A stretch of DNA of 38,190 nt from Candidatus Bipolaricaulota bacterium (GTDB lineage Bacteria; Bipolaricaulota; Bipolaricaulia; RBG-16-55-9; DRXL01): assembly GCA_026414955.1 (NCBI GenBank), contig JAOAIA010000003.1, positions 1-38,190 of the forward strand. The letters are read 5' to 3'. Position 1 is the stretch's first letter, and each line of letters starts with the position of its first letter. The position numbers and the translations under genes are program-made. Shown piece by piece: positions 9,977 through 18,408 of the stretch. A model generated the notes under the pieces. The model searched no databases. It was given only the letters and a program-made list of their open reading frames with translations, and had not been told where the DNA came from.

Positions 9977-10522
9977 ATGCAGAAAGTGTGGATGGGGATC
10001 GGGTTGCTGACCGTGGCGCTGCTTCTTGGGGGATGCCAATCCCAGGGGGGCGCGCAGAATATTGATGACCTACGAGCACGGGTAGAGAAGTTGGAGCAAG
10101 AAGTCCAAAATCTGAAAGCACAGATAGCTAAGGGTGGCTCAGGCCTGCGCATCGCGTATATTAACGCTGAGAAGGTCTTCCAAGACTACAAGAAGACCGG
10201 CGAGGCCGTGCAGAGGTTCCGTACCGAGGTCGAGAAGAAGCAGAACGATCTGAAAGCCCTCCAAGACAAGTTCAAGAAGGGACTGATAAGCGAGGAGGAG
10301 TTCCAGCGTGAGGCTGCCCGTCTCCAGCAAGAGCTTCAATATCTTGATCTGCAGCTCACTTCCGAGATCCAGGGCGAGATGATCAAAGTCGTCGAGCAGC
10401 TCGCCAAAGAGCGTGGGTATCACTGGGTCACGCAGCGCAAGGATGTCGTTCTCTACGCCGATCCCAATGCGCTCGAAGATATCACCTACGATGTCTTGAA
10501 GATTCTCAACCAAGGGCAATAG
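9977..10522 (+). CDS. skp: OmpH/Skp-family chaperone, predicted lipoprotein
   Basis: RIAYINAEKVF...VVEQLAKERGYHWV...VLYADP...DITYDVLKILN Skp signature; lipobox LGGC; RBS AAGGAGG. Confidence 0.88.
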   Translation: MQKVWMGIGLLTVALLLGGCQSQGGAQNIDDLRARVEKLEQEVQNLKAQIAKGGSGLRIAYINAEKVFQDYKKTGEAVQRFRTEVEKKQNDLKALQDKFKKGLISEEEFQREAARLQQELQYLDLQLTSEIQGEMIKVVEQLAKERGYHWVTQRKDVVLYADPNALEDITYDVLKILNQGQ

Positions 10523-10531
10523 ATCACGCGT

Positions 10532-10960
10532 ATGGGTGAAGATGAGATCCGGCGCATCTTGCCGCATCGGTACCCGTTCTTGTTCGTAGATCGCGTGCTG
10601 GAATGGGGCGAGGGGCGCGTGCGCGCGCTCAAGAACGTCACGCACAACGAGCCGTTCTTTGTGGGGCATTTCCCCGAGCGGCCCATCATGCCCGGCGTCT
10701 TAATTTTAGAGGGCATGGCTCAGACCGTCGGCCTGCTCGTCAGTCGAGAGCAGCCCGGTCGGAGCGGCTACTTAGTAGGAGTAGACCGCGCGCGCTTCCG
10801 CCGCCCTGTCCAGCCGGGAGATCAGATCGTCTACGAGGCCGAATTGGAGCGCGGCCGCGAGGGGTTCTATCGTGCGCGGGTGCACGCGAGCGTTGCCGGG
10901 ACTCCTGTTGCCGAGGCCGTCTTATCCGTTGCCATCGCTGATAGCAGAGAGAGGCTATGA
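10532..10960 (+). CDS. fabZ: 3-hydroxyacyl-ACP dehydratase
   Basis: LPHRYPFLFVDRV, KNVTHNEPFFVGHFP, MPGVLILEGMAQ, FRRPVQPGD. Confidence 0.96.
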   Translation: MGEDEIRRILPHRYPFLFVDRVLEWGEGRVRALKNVTHNEPFFVGHFPERPIMPGVLILEGMAQTVGLLVSREQPGRSGYLVGVDRARFRRPVQPGDQIVYEAELERGREGFYRARVHASVAGTPVAEAVLSVAIADSRERL

Positions 10961-11862
10961 GGCACTTGATCGAGTGTGTGCCCAATATCAGTGAGGGGCG
11001 AGATCACACGAAGATTGACGCTATCGTCGCCGCGGTGCGCCAGACCCCCGGCGCTCTCGTGCTCGACGTAGACCCCGACGCCGATCATAATCGCACTGTT
11101 ATTACATTTGTTGGCGATCCCCAAGCCGTCGAGACGGCTATTCTCCATCTTGTGGCCAAGGCGGTCGAACTCATTGATCTGACCAAGCACACAGGGGAGC
11201 ACCCGCGCATGGGCGCGGTGGACGTCATCCCGTTTGTGCCGTTGCGGGGAGTGACCAAAAAAGAGTGCATCGAGCTGGCGCGGCGCGTTGGCGCGGCGAT
11301 CTGGGAAAGATTTAAAGTCCCAGTCTATCTCTACGAGGACGCCGCGACTCGTCCAGAGCGCCGCGATCTCGCACACATTCGCAAGGGGGAGTTCGAGAAC
11401 TTTTTCGCCAAGATTCAAGAGCCTGAGTGGGCTCCTGATTTTGGCGAGCGCACCGTGCATCCGACGGCGGGCGTGAGCGCCGTAGGCGTCCGGCCCCCCC
11501 TGATCGCGTTCAACGTCAACCTGGGCACGAATAACTTGGAGATCGCACAACAGATCGCCAAGGCCGTGCGCGGCTCCGACGGCGGCCTGCGCTATGTCAA
11601 AGCCCTGGGCTTCGCTTTGGAAGGGCGGGGCATCGTCCAAGTCTCTATGAACTTGACGAATTTTGAGAAGACCCCGATCTATCAGGTCTTCGAGCTGATC
11701 AAGTGCGAGGCAGATCGGTGGGGGGTGCCCATCATAGGCAGCGAGATTATCGGGTTGGTTCCCCAAGCTGCGCTGCTTCAAGTTGCGGAGCACTTCTTGC
11801 GGCTGGAGAACTTTCATCATAGTCAAGTGCTGGAAAACCGGCTCTCCGAAGCCCTCGAATAG
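10957..11862 (+). CDS. ftcD: Glutamate formimidoyltransferase (formiminotransferase domain)
   Basis: ECVPNISEGR, DADHNRTV, HTGEHPRMGAVDVIPFVP, LIAFNVNL, VQVSMNL; ATGA overlap with fabZ. Confidence 0.95.
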   Translation: MRHLIECVPNISEGRDHTKIDAIVAAVRQTPGALVLDVDPDADHNRTVITFVGDPQAVETAILHLVAKAVELIDLTKHTGEHPRMGAVDVIPFVPLRGVTKKECIELARRVGAAIWERFKVPVYLYEDAATRPERRDLAHIRKGEFENFFAKIQEPEWAPDFGERTVHPTAGVSAVGVRPPLIAFNVNLGTNNLEIAQQIAKAVRGSDGGLRYVKALGFALEGRGIVQVSMNLTNFEKTPIYQVFELIKCEADRWGVPIIGSEIIGLVPQAALLQVAEHFLRLENFHHSQVLENRLSEALE

Positions 11863-11941
11863 ACCCCTTAGAGCCAAACTTCCCGTGTGAGCGCTCTTAA
11901 AGTCCTTTACACCAACCCGGAGAAGAGCTACGTTAGAGAAT

Positions 11942-13282
11942 GTGCACGAACACGCTTTTCGAGGGAAGGACATTACGATCTTAGGCGCCGGGCGCAGCGG
12001 CCTAGCAGCCGCTCGTGTCTTGCGCGATCTGGGGGCACACGTCTTCGTCAGCGACCAAGCGGCCCTGTCGCCGCCCGCTCGTCAAGAACTTCTCAGACTC
12101 GATATCCCCTTTGAGGAGCATGGGCACACCGAGCGAGCTGTAGCTTCTGCGCACTTAGTTATTCTCTCCCCTGGGGTCTCGCTGGCTGCTCCCATCGTCC
12201 AGCGTGCTCGGTCTTCGGGCATTCCCATCTGGGGCGAACTGGAATTGGCCTATCGGCTCTGCCCCAGCGAGAAGATCATCGCCGTCACGGGCACGAACGG
12301 CAAGAGCACGACGACAAAACTGATCGAAGAGATGCTCCATACAGCGAGTCAATCGGTGCTCAGCGCGGGCAACATCGGGACCCCGTTCATCGCGCGCTTG
12401 AGCGAGATCACCCCCGACACGATTGTCGTGCTCGAGGTGAGCAGCTTTCAGTTGGAGTCTATCGAGAGATTTCGGCCCGCCGTCGCTGTGTTCTTAAATA
12501 TCGCGCCGAATCATCTTGATCGTCACGGGGATTTGAGCAGCTATCTGCGCGCGAAGTGCCGCATCTTCGAGAACCAGACCGAGCGCGATCTCTTGATTGT
12601 GCCGCGCGATCTCCAACTCCCGGTACCGCCACGATCGCGCGTCTTTTATTACGATGATCTCTTGCCGGAGCTTGAGCACGTGAAAGCGCCAAGGCATCTG
12701 AAAGAAGACGCAGCGGCGGCGTGGGCGGCGTGTCGCGCTTTTGCGCCGACGCTCCCACCGCCCGCTGAAGAGATTCTGCTGAGAGTTCAGCTCCCCCATC
12801 GCCAGGAGTTCATCGCGGAGATCAAGAACGTAAAATTTTATGACGACTCCAAGGCGACGACCGTTCACGCAACGCTCGCAGCGTTAGAAGCGTTTTCTGG
12901 GCCGCTGGTCTTGATCTTAGGGGGGCGCAACAAGAACTTGGATTTTACGCCATTAGCGCAGGCGTTGCGCTGCAAGTCAATCTGTGAGATTCTCTTGATG
13001 GGCGAAGCGGCCCCGCAGCTCGCCCGCGCTCTCGAAGCTGCGCAAATCACCCGATTCTCGTTCGTGCGGGATTTTTCGGAAGCCGTGGAGCGCGCGCTCC
13101 GCTATCCCGGCGCGACGTGCCTGCTCTCCCCAGCGTGTGCCAGCTTCGATCAGTTTACAGACTACGCGGAGCGTGGGCGGGCCTTCCGAAACGCTGTGAT
13201 GCGGTATAATGGTCTCGATGGCCAAGAGGAAGCGCCCTGTACGCCGTACTCAACAGCAGAGAGCCACCCAGCAGCTTGCTAA
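11942..13282 (+). CDS. murD: UDP-N-acetylmuramoyl-L-alanine--D-glutamate ligase
   Basis: GAGRSG, SPGV, AVTGTNGKSTTT, GNIG, LEVSSFQL, NHLDRH, DDSKAT, LSPACASFDQF. Confidence 0.95.
   Translation: MHEHAFRGKDITILGAGRSGLAAARVLRDLGAHVFVSDQAALSPPARQELLRLDIPFEEHGHTERAVASAHLVILSPGVSLAAPIVQRARSSGIPIWGELELAYRLCPSEKIIAVTGTNGKSTTTKLIEEMLHTASQSVLSAGNIGTPFIARLSEITPDTIVVLEVSSFQLESIERFRPAVAVFLNIAPNHLDRHGDLSSYLRAKCRIFENQTERDLLIVPRDLQLPVPPRSRVFYYDDLLPELEHVKAPRHLKEDAAAAWAACRAFAPTLPPPAEEILLRVQLPHRQEFIAEIKNVKFYDDSKATTVHATLAALEAFSGPLVLILGGRNKNLDFTPLAQALRCKSICEILLMGEAAPQLARALEAAQITRFSFVRDFSEAVERALRYPGATCLLSPACASFDQFTDYAERGRAFRNAVMRYNGLDGQEEAPCTPYSTAESHPAAC
13205..13217 (+). promoter_or_regulatory. Internal -10 box driving a probably leaderless small gene
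   Basis: Perfect TATAAT at 13205-13210 inside the murD 3' end, 7 nt before ATG 13218. Confidence 0.55.
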
Positions 13283-13397
13283 GGGTCGGCCTCTCCCAGA
13301 CCCAAACCTCTGCCCGATCTGCAAGGAAGCATTCGTGCTCGTGGTGGGCTGTCATAGAGTCTGCCGCTGCGGCTACCAAGAGGGCTGCGGAGACTAA
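13218..13397 (+). CDS. Small Cys-rich zinc-ribbon protein (59 aa)
   Basis: MAKRKRPVRR...CPICKEAFVLVVGCHRVCRCGYQEGCGD; six Cys, own -10 box, stop abuts a terminator hairpin. Confidence 0.7.
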   Translation: MAKRKRPVRRTQQQRATQQLAKGRPLPDPNLCPICKEAFVLVVGCHRVCRCGYQEGCGD

Positions 13398-13434
13398 AAA
13401 AGAGTCGAGGGGAGCTGAGGCGCTCCCGCTCGAC
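13396..13434 (-). terminator. Intrinsic terminator of the coiled-coil gene (possibly bidirectional)
   Basis: Stem GTCGAG-GGGAGC / GCTCCC-G-CTCGAC (13404-13434) followed on the minus strand by TCTTTTTT. Confidence 0.8.
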
Positions 13435-13520
13435 CCGGCCTTGCCAAGATCCCCCGAGAGTCTTTCGCTCTCGCTTGCCGCCAAAGGGGTGATCCTAGCC
13501 CATTGTCAAACTGTTCCCTG

Positions 13521-14675
13521 TTAGAACAAGAAGCCGATCAGAACTCCCGCTAAGCCCGCCACCAGCGCGATCAACGCTAAGCTGTTGGCGCCTTCTACAG
13601 CAGCTTTCGCTTCCTGGGCCTCTTTCTTGGCTTGCGCCAGCTGCGCCTGCAGCTCCTTGGTCTTCTCTGCCAGAGCTTGCTGGACCAGTGCCTTCACGTC
13701 CGGGATCTCTACGGGTTGCGGCACACCCAGCTTCGCGATGCGATCCTGCAGCTCGTTGATCTTGATCTTGAGAGCCTCAACATCAATCAAGAGCCTGCTG
13801 AACCCGTCGGTGAGCGTGCTGAACTTCTTGGCCATCTCCTCGTCGCGCGCCTCTGCAGAGTCGAGCCGCCCGGAGAGCTTGCTCACCATCTCTTGCAACC
13901 GCGCGACGATGTCTTGTAGCCGCGCGAAGTTGCCTTCTAAACTACTGGTGCGGCTGGCTAGCTCGCCTACAGAACTCTGAATCGTTACGACCACGCCGGG
14001 GACGCTCGCTATCTGCTCCAATTGCTGGCTATGCTTGACGAGCGTCTCTTCAATGCGTCCGACGCGGACGCTCAGATTCGCGGTCGTGTCCTGGAGACCC
14101 CTGACTAACGGCGTCAGGGCTTGGAGCTTGCCTACCTGATCGGTAAGCGCCGCCAGGCCCTTCTCCGCGCTCTCCACGCGATTGGTGAGGGTGCCCACTA
14201 TCCCCTGCAAGTTGATCACGAGCGCCTGCATCCCCGCGAGCTTCTCGAGCTGATCGCGCAACTGCCCAATAGCTAACTCATTGGCCTTCATGCGGCTCGC
14301 CAACTCCCCCACGCTGTACTTGAGGTCCATCACTTGTTGGGGCAGCTCAGCAAGCCGCTCGACCGTCCCTTCCAAGTTACTAATCCGTCCACCGAGCTTC
14401 TTGAGATCAAACGAGAGGTCTTTGGCCAGCTGCTCTACGGCAAAGAGGCGCGGCCGGATGTTCTCGATCTCGCCGGTTCCGGCTTGGGTGAGCTTCTGCA
14501 GCTCGATGGAGAGCGACTTGACCACGGCTTCCAGCTCTTTGAGTTGTTTCTCGAGCTGAGCCACCTTATCCTTGACGCTCTTGTCGTCCTGGGCCGATCC
14601 GGTCGTCCCCACGACCAAGAGCATCGCCACGAGCAGGAATGTGAGAATCCTGCCGAACCATATGCGATTCTGCAT
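13521..14675 (-). CDS. Exported long coiled-coil protein with C-terminal hydrophobic anchor (Omp-alpha-like architecture)
   Basis: Signal peptide (...VGTTGSA/QDD), about 330 aa of heptad pattern, terminal LALIALVAGLAGVLIGFLF; RBS AAGGGGG. Confidence 0.85.
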   Translation of the reverse strand: MQNRIWFGRILTFLLVAMLLVVGTTGSAQDDKSVKDKVAQLEKQLKELEAVVKSLSIELQKLTQAGTGEIENIRPRLFAVEQLAKDLSFDLKKLGGRISNLEGTVERLAELPQQVMDLKYSVGELASRMKANELAIGQLRDQLEKLAGMQALVINLQGIVGTLTNRVESAEKGLAALTDQVGKLQALTPLVRGLQDTTANLSVRVGRIEETLVKHSQQLEQIASVPGVVVTIQSSVGELASRTSSLEGNFARLQDIVARLQEMVSKLSGRLDSAEARDEEMAKKFSTLTDGFSRLLIDVEALKIKINELQDRIAKLGVPQPVEIPDVKALVQQALAEKTKELQAQLAQAKKEAQEAKAAVEGANSLALIALVAGLAGVLIGFLF

Positions 14676-14848
14676 CTGTCTATCCCCCCTTTAGCGTTGG
14701 CTTGATTGTACGCCCCTTATTGTACAAAGACAGTGACGGCTATTACACAGCCTATAGACATCTATTCCCTTAGAGAGTGAACTAGGGCGATAGCGCCCGT
14801 AACCGAGAAACAGTGATTTTCGTTCCTGTAGAGGGCTTCTAACGCACA

Positions 14849-15262
14849 TTAACGGACATAGTGCAACATTGCGTAGATCACAAGCCCCGTGACTGAGACG
14901 TAGAGCCAGATAGGGAATGTGACGCGGGCGATCTTCTTATGTTGAGCGAAGTCGCTGTGCAGCGCGCGCCGCAATGTGATGATGACGAGAACGGGTGTGA
15001 GGGCAGCCAAGGGCGTGTGCGTCCATAATATAAATAAGTAGAGCGAGCGGGCTGGGCCGGTGTAGGGCGTCGGGCCGGTCAGCGCGTAGCGAATCAAATA
15101 TAAAATAAGAAAGAGCACGGACAGCGCAAATGCCGTTACCATGCACTTCTTGTGATGCTCGCGCTGCCCGCGCTTAATAAAATAAAGCCCTGCCAAGATC
15201 ACGACAGCACTAGAGAGATTGAGCGCGGCGTTGGCCGTGGGGATCAGCGCGATAAAGTTCAT
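14849..15262 (-). CDS. DUF420 (CtaM-like) membrane protein
   Basis: NAALN, HKKCM...AFALSVLFLILY, HKKIARVTFPIWLYVSVTG; last gene of the oxidase operon. Confidence 0.9.
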   Translation of the reverse strand: MNFIALIPTANAALNLSSAVVILAGLYFIKRGQREHHKKCMVTAFALSVLFLILYLIRYALTGPTPYTGPARSLYLFILWTHTPLAALTPVLVIITLRRALHSDFAQHKKIARVTFPIWLYVSVTGLVIYAMLHYVR

Positions 15263-15281
15263 CTTCCGCGTCCTCAGCGAT

Positions 15282-16163
15282 TCAAACGCTTATTATGATT
15301 AACAAGAAGAGCGTCGCCAGATAGAGCATCGAGTAGAGAAAGAGCCTCTTGCTTGTGTCGGGGCTAGGCCGACGCCAGTCCCGCCATGCGAGATAACTGA
15401 ACCCAAGACCAAGTGCGATCGCTCCTACAACGTACACAGCTCCGGTCACTTTCAAGGGATAAAAGAGCGCCACGCTCACCGGCAGGAGCGCCAGTGCATA
15501 GAAGAAGCTGCGCCGGCGCGTGACGCGCTCCCCGCGCACAACAGGAAGAATTGGAAGGCCAGCAGCGCGATACTCTTCAGCGCGTTCGGTTGCTAATGCC
15601 CAAAAGTGCGGCGGCTGCCAGAGCAAGAGAATCCCAAAGAGCACGAGCGCCGGAGCTTCAATGCGCCCCGTGGCGGCAGCCCAGCCGATGAGCGGCGGCA
15701 TCGCCCCAGCGATCCCGCCGATCTCCGTGCACCACGGTGAAGTCCGCTTGAGCCAGCGTGTGTACACGAGCGTATAGAAGAGGATCGCGAAGAGCGCCAG
15801 GCCCGCGGCAAGAAGATTCGCTCCCAGGGCGAGCACCCCAAAAGAAGCAACGGTGAGCGCGACTCCCCACAGTGCAGCAAAGAGGGGCTGCACGCGCCCG
15901 GCGGGCAAGGGTCGCGCGCGGGTGCGCGCCATGAGTCCATCTACATCGCGATCAATGAGACAATTGAAGACCCCGGCAGCGGAAGACGCCAGCCCCGTTC
16001 CCAAGAGCGCGATCACGAAAAGCCCCAGCGAAAAATCTCTCGCGGCGACCCAAAACGCTGCCGCCGTCGTCACCAAGACCAAGAGCGTAATGCGCGGCTT
16101 GGTGAGCGCAATATAATCTGAGAACGTCTGGCGCAGGGCGGCGCGCTGGGCTACAGTCGTCAT
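15282..16163 (-). CDS. ctaB: Heme O synthase (protoheme IX farnesyltransferase)
   Basis: LTKPRI, NCLIDRDVDGLMARTRARPLP, YTRWLKR, GAMPPLIGW, WQPPHFWAL; start at ATG 16163 overlapping the ctaA stop (ATGA). Confidence 0.96.
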   Translation of the reverse strand: MTTVAQRAALRQTFSDYIALTKPRITLLVLVTTAAAFWVAARDFSLGLFVIALLGTGLASSAAGVFNCLIDRDVDGLMARTRARPLPAGRVQPLFAALWGVALTVASFGVLALGANLLAAGLALFAILFYTLVYTRWLKRTSPWCTEIGGIAGAMPPLIGWAAATGRIEAPALVLFGILLLWQPPHFWALATERAEEYRAAGLPILPVVRGERVTRRRSFFYALALLPVSVALFYPLKVTGAVYVVGAIALGLGFSYLAWRDWRRPSPDTSKRLFLYSMLYLATLFLLIIISV

Positions 16164-17068
16164 GATGCTTGGGCTTCTCCTTTCTGTGCAGGCACGGGAG
16201 CATAGGCCCTCACGGGCCAAGTCCACACCGTCAGCACGATCTGGATTCCCAACAGCGCCAAAGCGCCCGCGAGATGGAGCATCGCGACGATGGGGTTGAG
16301 CAGCGACCAGACCGTGAGCACCCCAAGCGCGATCTGAACGAGCACGAGGGCGACCGAGCTGACTCCCAAGGCTGTGTAGCCCGACTTGATCGCCCGCGTC
16401 GCTGTGAGAGCAACGACGCCGAGCACGATCACCGCGAAGAGCCTATGCGACCATTGGTGGGCGATGGGGCTTATAGCTAAGTTTGGGAAGAACGTCAAGA
16501 ACGGCCAGAGGGGCAGGGCCATCCCCGCTTGGCTGTGGCGCACATACGCCCCAAGCACTGCTTGGAGATAGACCAAAATCACCGAAAAGAGTGCCCAGCG
16601 ATGCGTGCTCCCACCAGCGTTTGTGGGAGCCAGCGCGTGCGCTTTTGCTGCGAGCACGACGAGCAGTGCAAAGAGCAGCGTGCCAAGCCCAAAGTGCGCC
16701 GTCGAGACAGCTTTTGGCAGATCGAGCAAGACCGTGATACCCCCAAAGATCGCCACGACGACGACGAGCGCCAGCGACGCTGTAGTGAGCCAGACGAATG
16801 TCGGCTTGTCGCGCTCGCGCCGCCATGCACCTAAAGCCAGCGCGAGAATGCTCACGCCCACAAGCAGCGCAAAGAGCCGATGCGTCCATTCAATGACGAG
16901 TGCTGGGTCGTTGAGCGGAGGAATGAGCTGTCCTTGGCAGAGGGGCCAGTGGGGGCCACAGCCCATGCCCGATTCCGTCCCGCTCACGATATTCCCAAAG
17001 AGCAGATGCCCACACGTGATCGCAACCGTGAGAGCGCTTAAATACCGAAAGAGCGCCGAGGCTTGCAT
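16160..17068 (-). CDS. ctaA: Heme A synthase (COX15/CtaA family)
   Basis: SGMGCGPHWPLCQG, IEWTHR, second-half HQWSHR and conserved His residues; 8-TM pattern. Confidence 0.93.
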   Translation of the reverse strand: MQASALFRYLSALTVAITCGHLLFGNIVSGTESGMGCGPHWPLCQGQLIPPLNDPALVIEWTHRLFALLVGVSILALALGAWRRERDKPTFVWLTTASLALVVVVAIFGGITVLLDLPKAVSTAHFGLGTLLFALLVVLAAKAHALAPTNAGGSTHRWALFSVILVYLQAVLGAYVRHSQAGMALPLWPFLTFFPNLAISPIAHQWSHRLFAVIVLGVVALTATRAIKSGYTALGVSSVALVLVQIALGVLTVWSLLNPIVAMLHLAGALALLGIQIVLTVWTWPVRAYAPVPAQKGEAQAS

Positions 17069-17069
17069 A

Positions 17070-17372
17070 TCAATTCCCGTTCAGCGATGGGGGCTTCTCG
17101 TCTGACGACGACGCCCTCCGCGCTCGGTAGACGAGATACCCGATGACCCCTAGCGCAATAAACGGGATGGGCAACAGAATATACATGCCCCACGCATTGG
17201 GACCTAATGACTCAAAGATGCTCTTGCGCAGCTCGTGGTCGAGGAGAATAATAGCCGCTGCCGGCGACTGAAGTCGCCGTCTCAGTAAGTGAAAGTGTGC
17301 TGAAGCACGCTGCAAAGCCCTCTTCAGTGGGCTTTCCCATGCTAAGCCGGATGCTTCCAGCATCCGGATCAC
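17070..17372 (-). CDS. Small single-TM hypothetical protein in the oxidase operon
   Basis: GTGA overlap with the subunit IV stop; C-terminal TM GMYILLPIPFIALGVIGYLVYRARR; start uncertain. Confidence 0.6.
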   Translation of the reverse strand: MIRMLEASGLAWESPLKRALQRASAHFHLLRRRLQSPAAAIILLDHELRKSIFESLGPNAWGMYILLPIPFIALGVIGYLVYRARRASSSDEKPPSLNGN

Positions 17373-17689
17373 CTCCCGAAGAAGATGGCACGCACGTCGA
17401 AGACGTAGCCGCCCTCAGCCATCACGAACGCCGTCAGCGCCAAAATTAAGAGCGGGGGCAACAAGATCGCATAGACCAAGCTCAGTCGCTCAAAGCGCAC
17501 GTGCATGAAGTAACTGACGATCAGCCCGGCCTTCAAGAGCGCAAACGCCGTGATCAAAAACCACGCCAACTCTTTGGGATGCACTCCAAAATAGTCTACT
17601 AAGTACGACATCGCGCTCAGCAGAAAGAGCAAGCCCCACACGACCAAATAGACTCTTATCGGATGATGCTGCTCGCCCGTGTGCTCCAT
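17369..17689 (-). CDS. Cytochrome c oxidase subunit IV
   Basis: YLVVWGLL, KAGLIVSYFMHVRFE motif, 3 TM. Confidence 0.9.
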   Translation of the reverse strand: MEHTGEQHHPIRVYLVVWGLLFLLSAMSYLVDYFGVHPKELAWFLITAFALLKAGLIVSYFMHVRFERLSLVYAILLPPLLILALTAFVMAEGGYVFDVRAIFFGR

Positions 17690-17703
17690 ACTGTTAGCCC
17701 TCC

Positions 17704-18393
17704 CTAGAAGAGATAGAAGAACGCGAAGATGAAGACCCAGACTAAGTCAACGAAGTGCCAGTAGAGTCCAGCGATCTCCACGCGCTGATACCCGGTCTTC
17801 TCGTAGGCGCCGCGCAGCACTTGGGACGCGACCGTCGCCAAGTAGATCACCCCGGCGGTGACGTGCAGCCCGTGAAAGCCCGTGATCATGAAGAACGACG
17901 AGCCGAACTGCGGCGCGCCCATGGGGTTCGTCCACGGACGGAAGCCTTCATGAATGAGCTTCGTCCACTCGAACGCCTGCATCCCTACGAACGTCAGGCC
18001 CAGCAGCGCCGTCAGGGTGAGAAAGAGCGCGGCTTTAGCGCGGTTGCGCTCGTAGCCGTACTTCACAGCAATAGCCATCGTCCCGCTACTACTAATAAGA
18101 ACGAACGTCATGATCGCGATCAATAAGAGCGGGACTTCCGCTTCGCCGATGTGCAAGGCGAAGACCTTCGCCGGATCAGGCCAAGGGAGCGTGGCGCTCA
18201 GCCGCGCTGCCGCATACGCCGAGAGAAACGAGCCGAAGACGAACATGTCGCTGATGAGGAAGATCCACATCATCGCCTTGCCCCAGTTGACCTTGAACGT
18301 CTGCTGATCCGACGCCCAGTCAGCCACGAGATCGCGCAGCCATCGGGGCCACGTGCGCGCTCGATCTTCAGGAGATTCTATCTGTTGCGCCAT
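17704..18393 (-). CDS. Cytochrome c oxidase subunit III (CoxP-like)
   Basis: MMWIFLISD, FFMITGFHGLHV, GLYWHFVDLVW. Confidence 0.93.
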   Translation of the reverse strand: MAQQIESPEDRARTWPRWLRDLVADWASDQQTFKVNWGKAMMWIFLISDMFVFGSFLSAYAAARLSATLPWPDPAKVFALHIGEAEVPLLLIAIMTFVLISSSGTMAIAVKYGYERNRAKAALFLTLTALLGLTFVGMQAFEWTKLIHEGFRPWTNPMGAPQFGSSFFMITGFHGLHVTAGVIYLATVASQVLRGAYEKTGYQRVEIAGLYWHFVDLVWVFIFAFFYLF

Positions 18394-18408
18394 CGTGCAC
18401 CTCGCTTG

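Noticed and set aside
10867-11973. Long antisense ORFs (368 aa here; also 34519-35268, 20477-21127, 33604-34233)
   Set aside because: They lie opposite well-conserved genes, show no motifs, and are expected from codon bias in GC-rich DNA.
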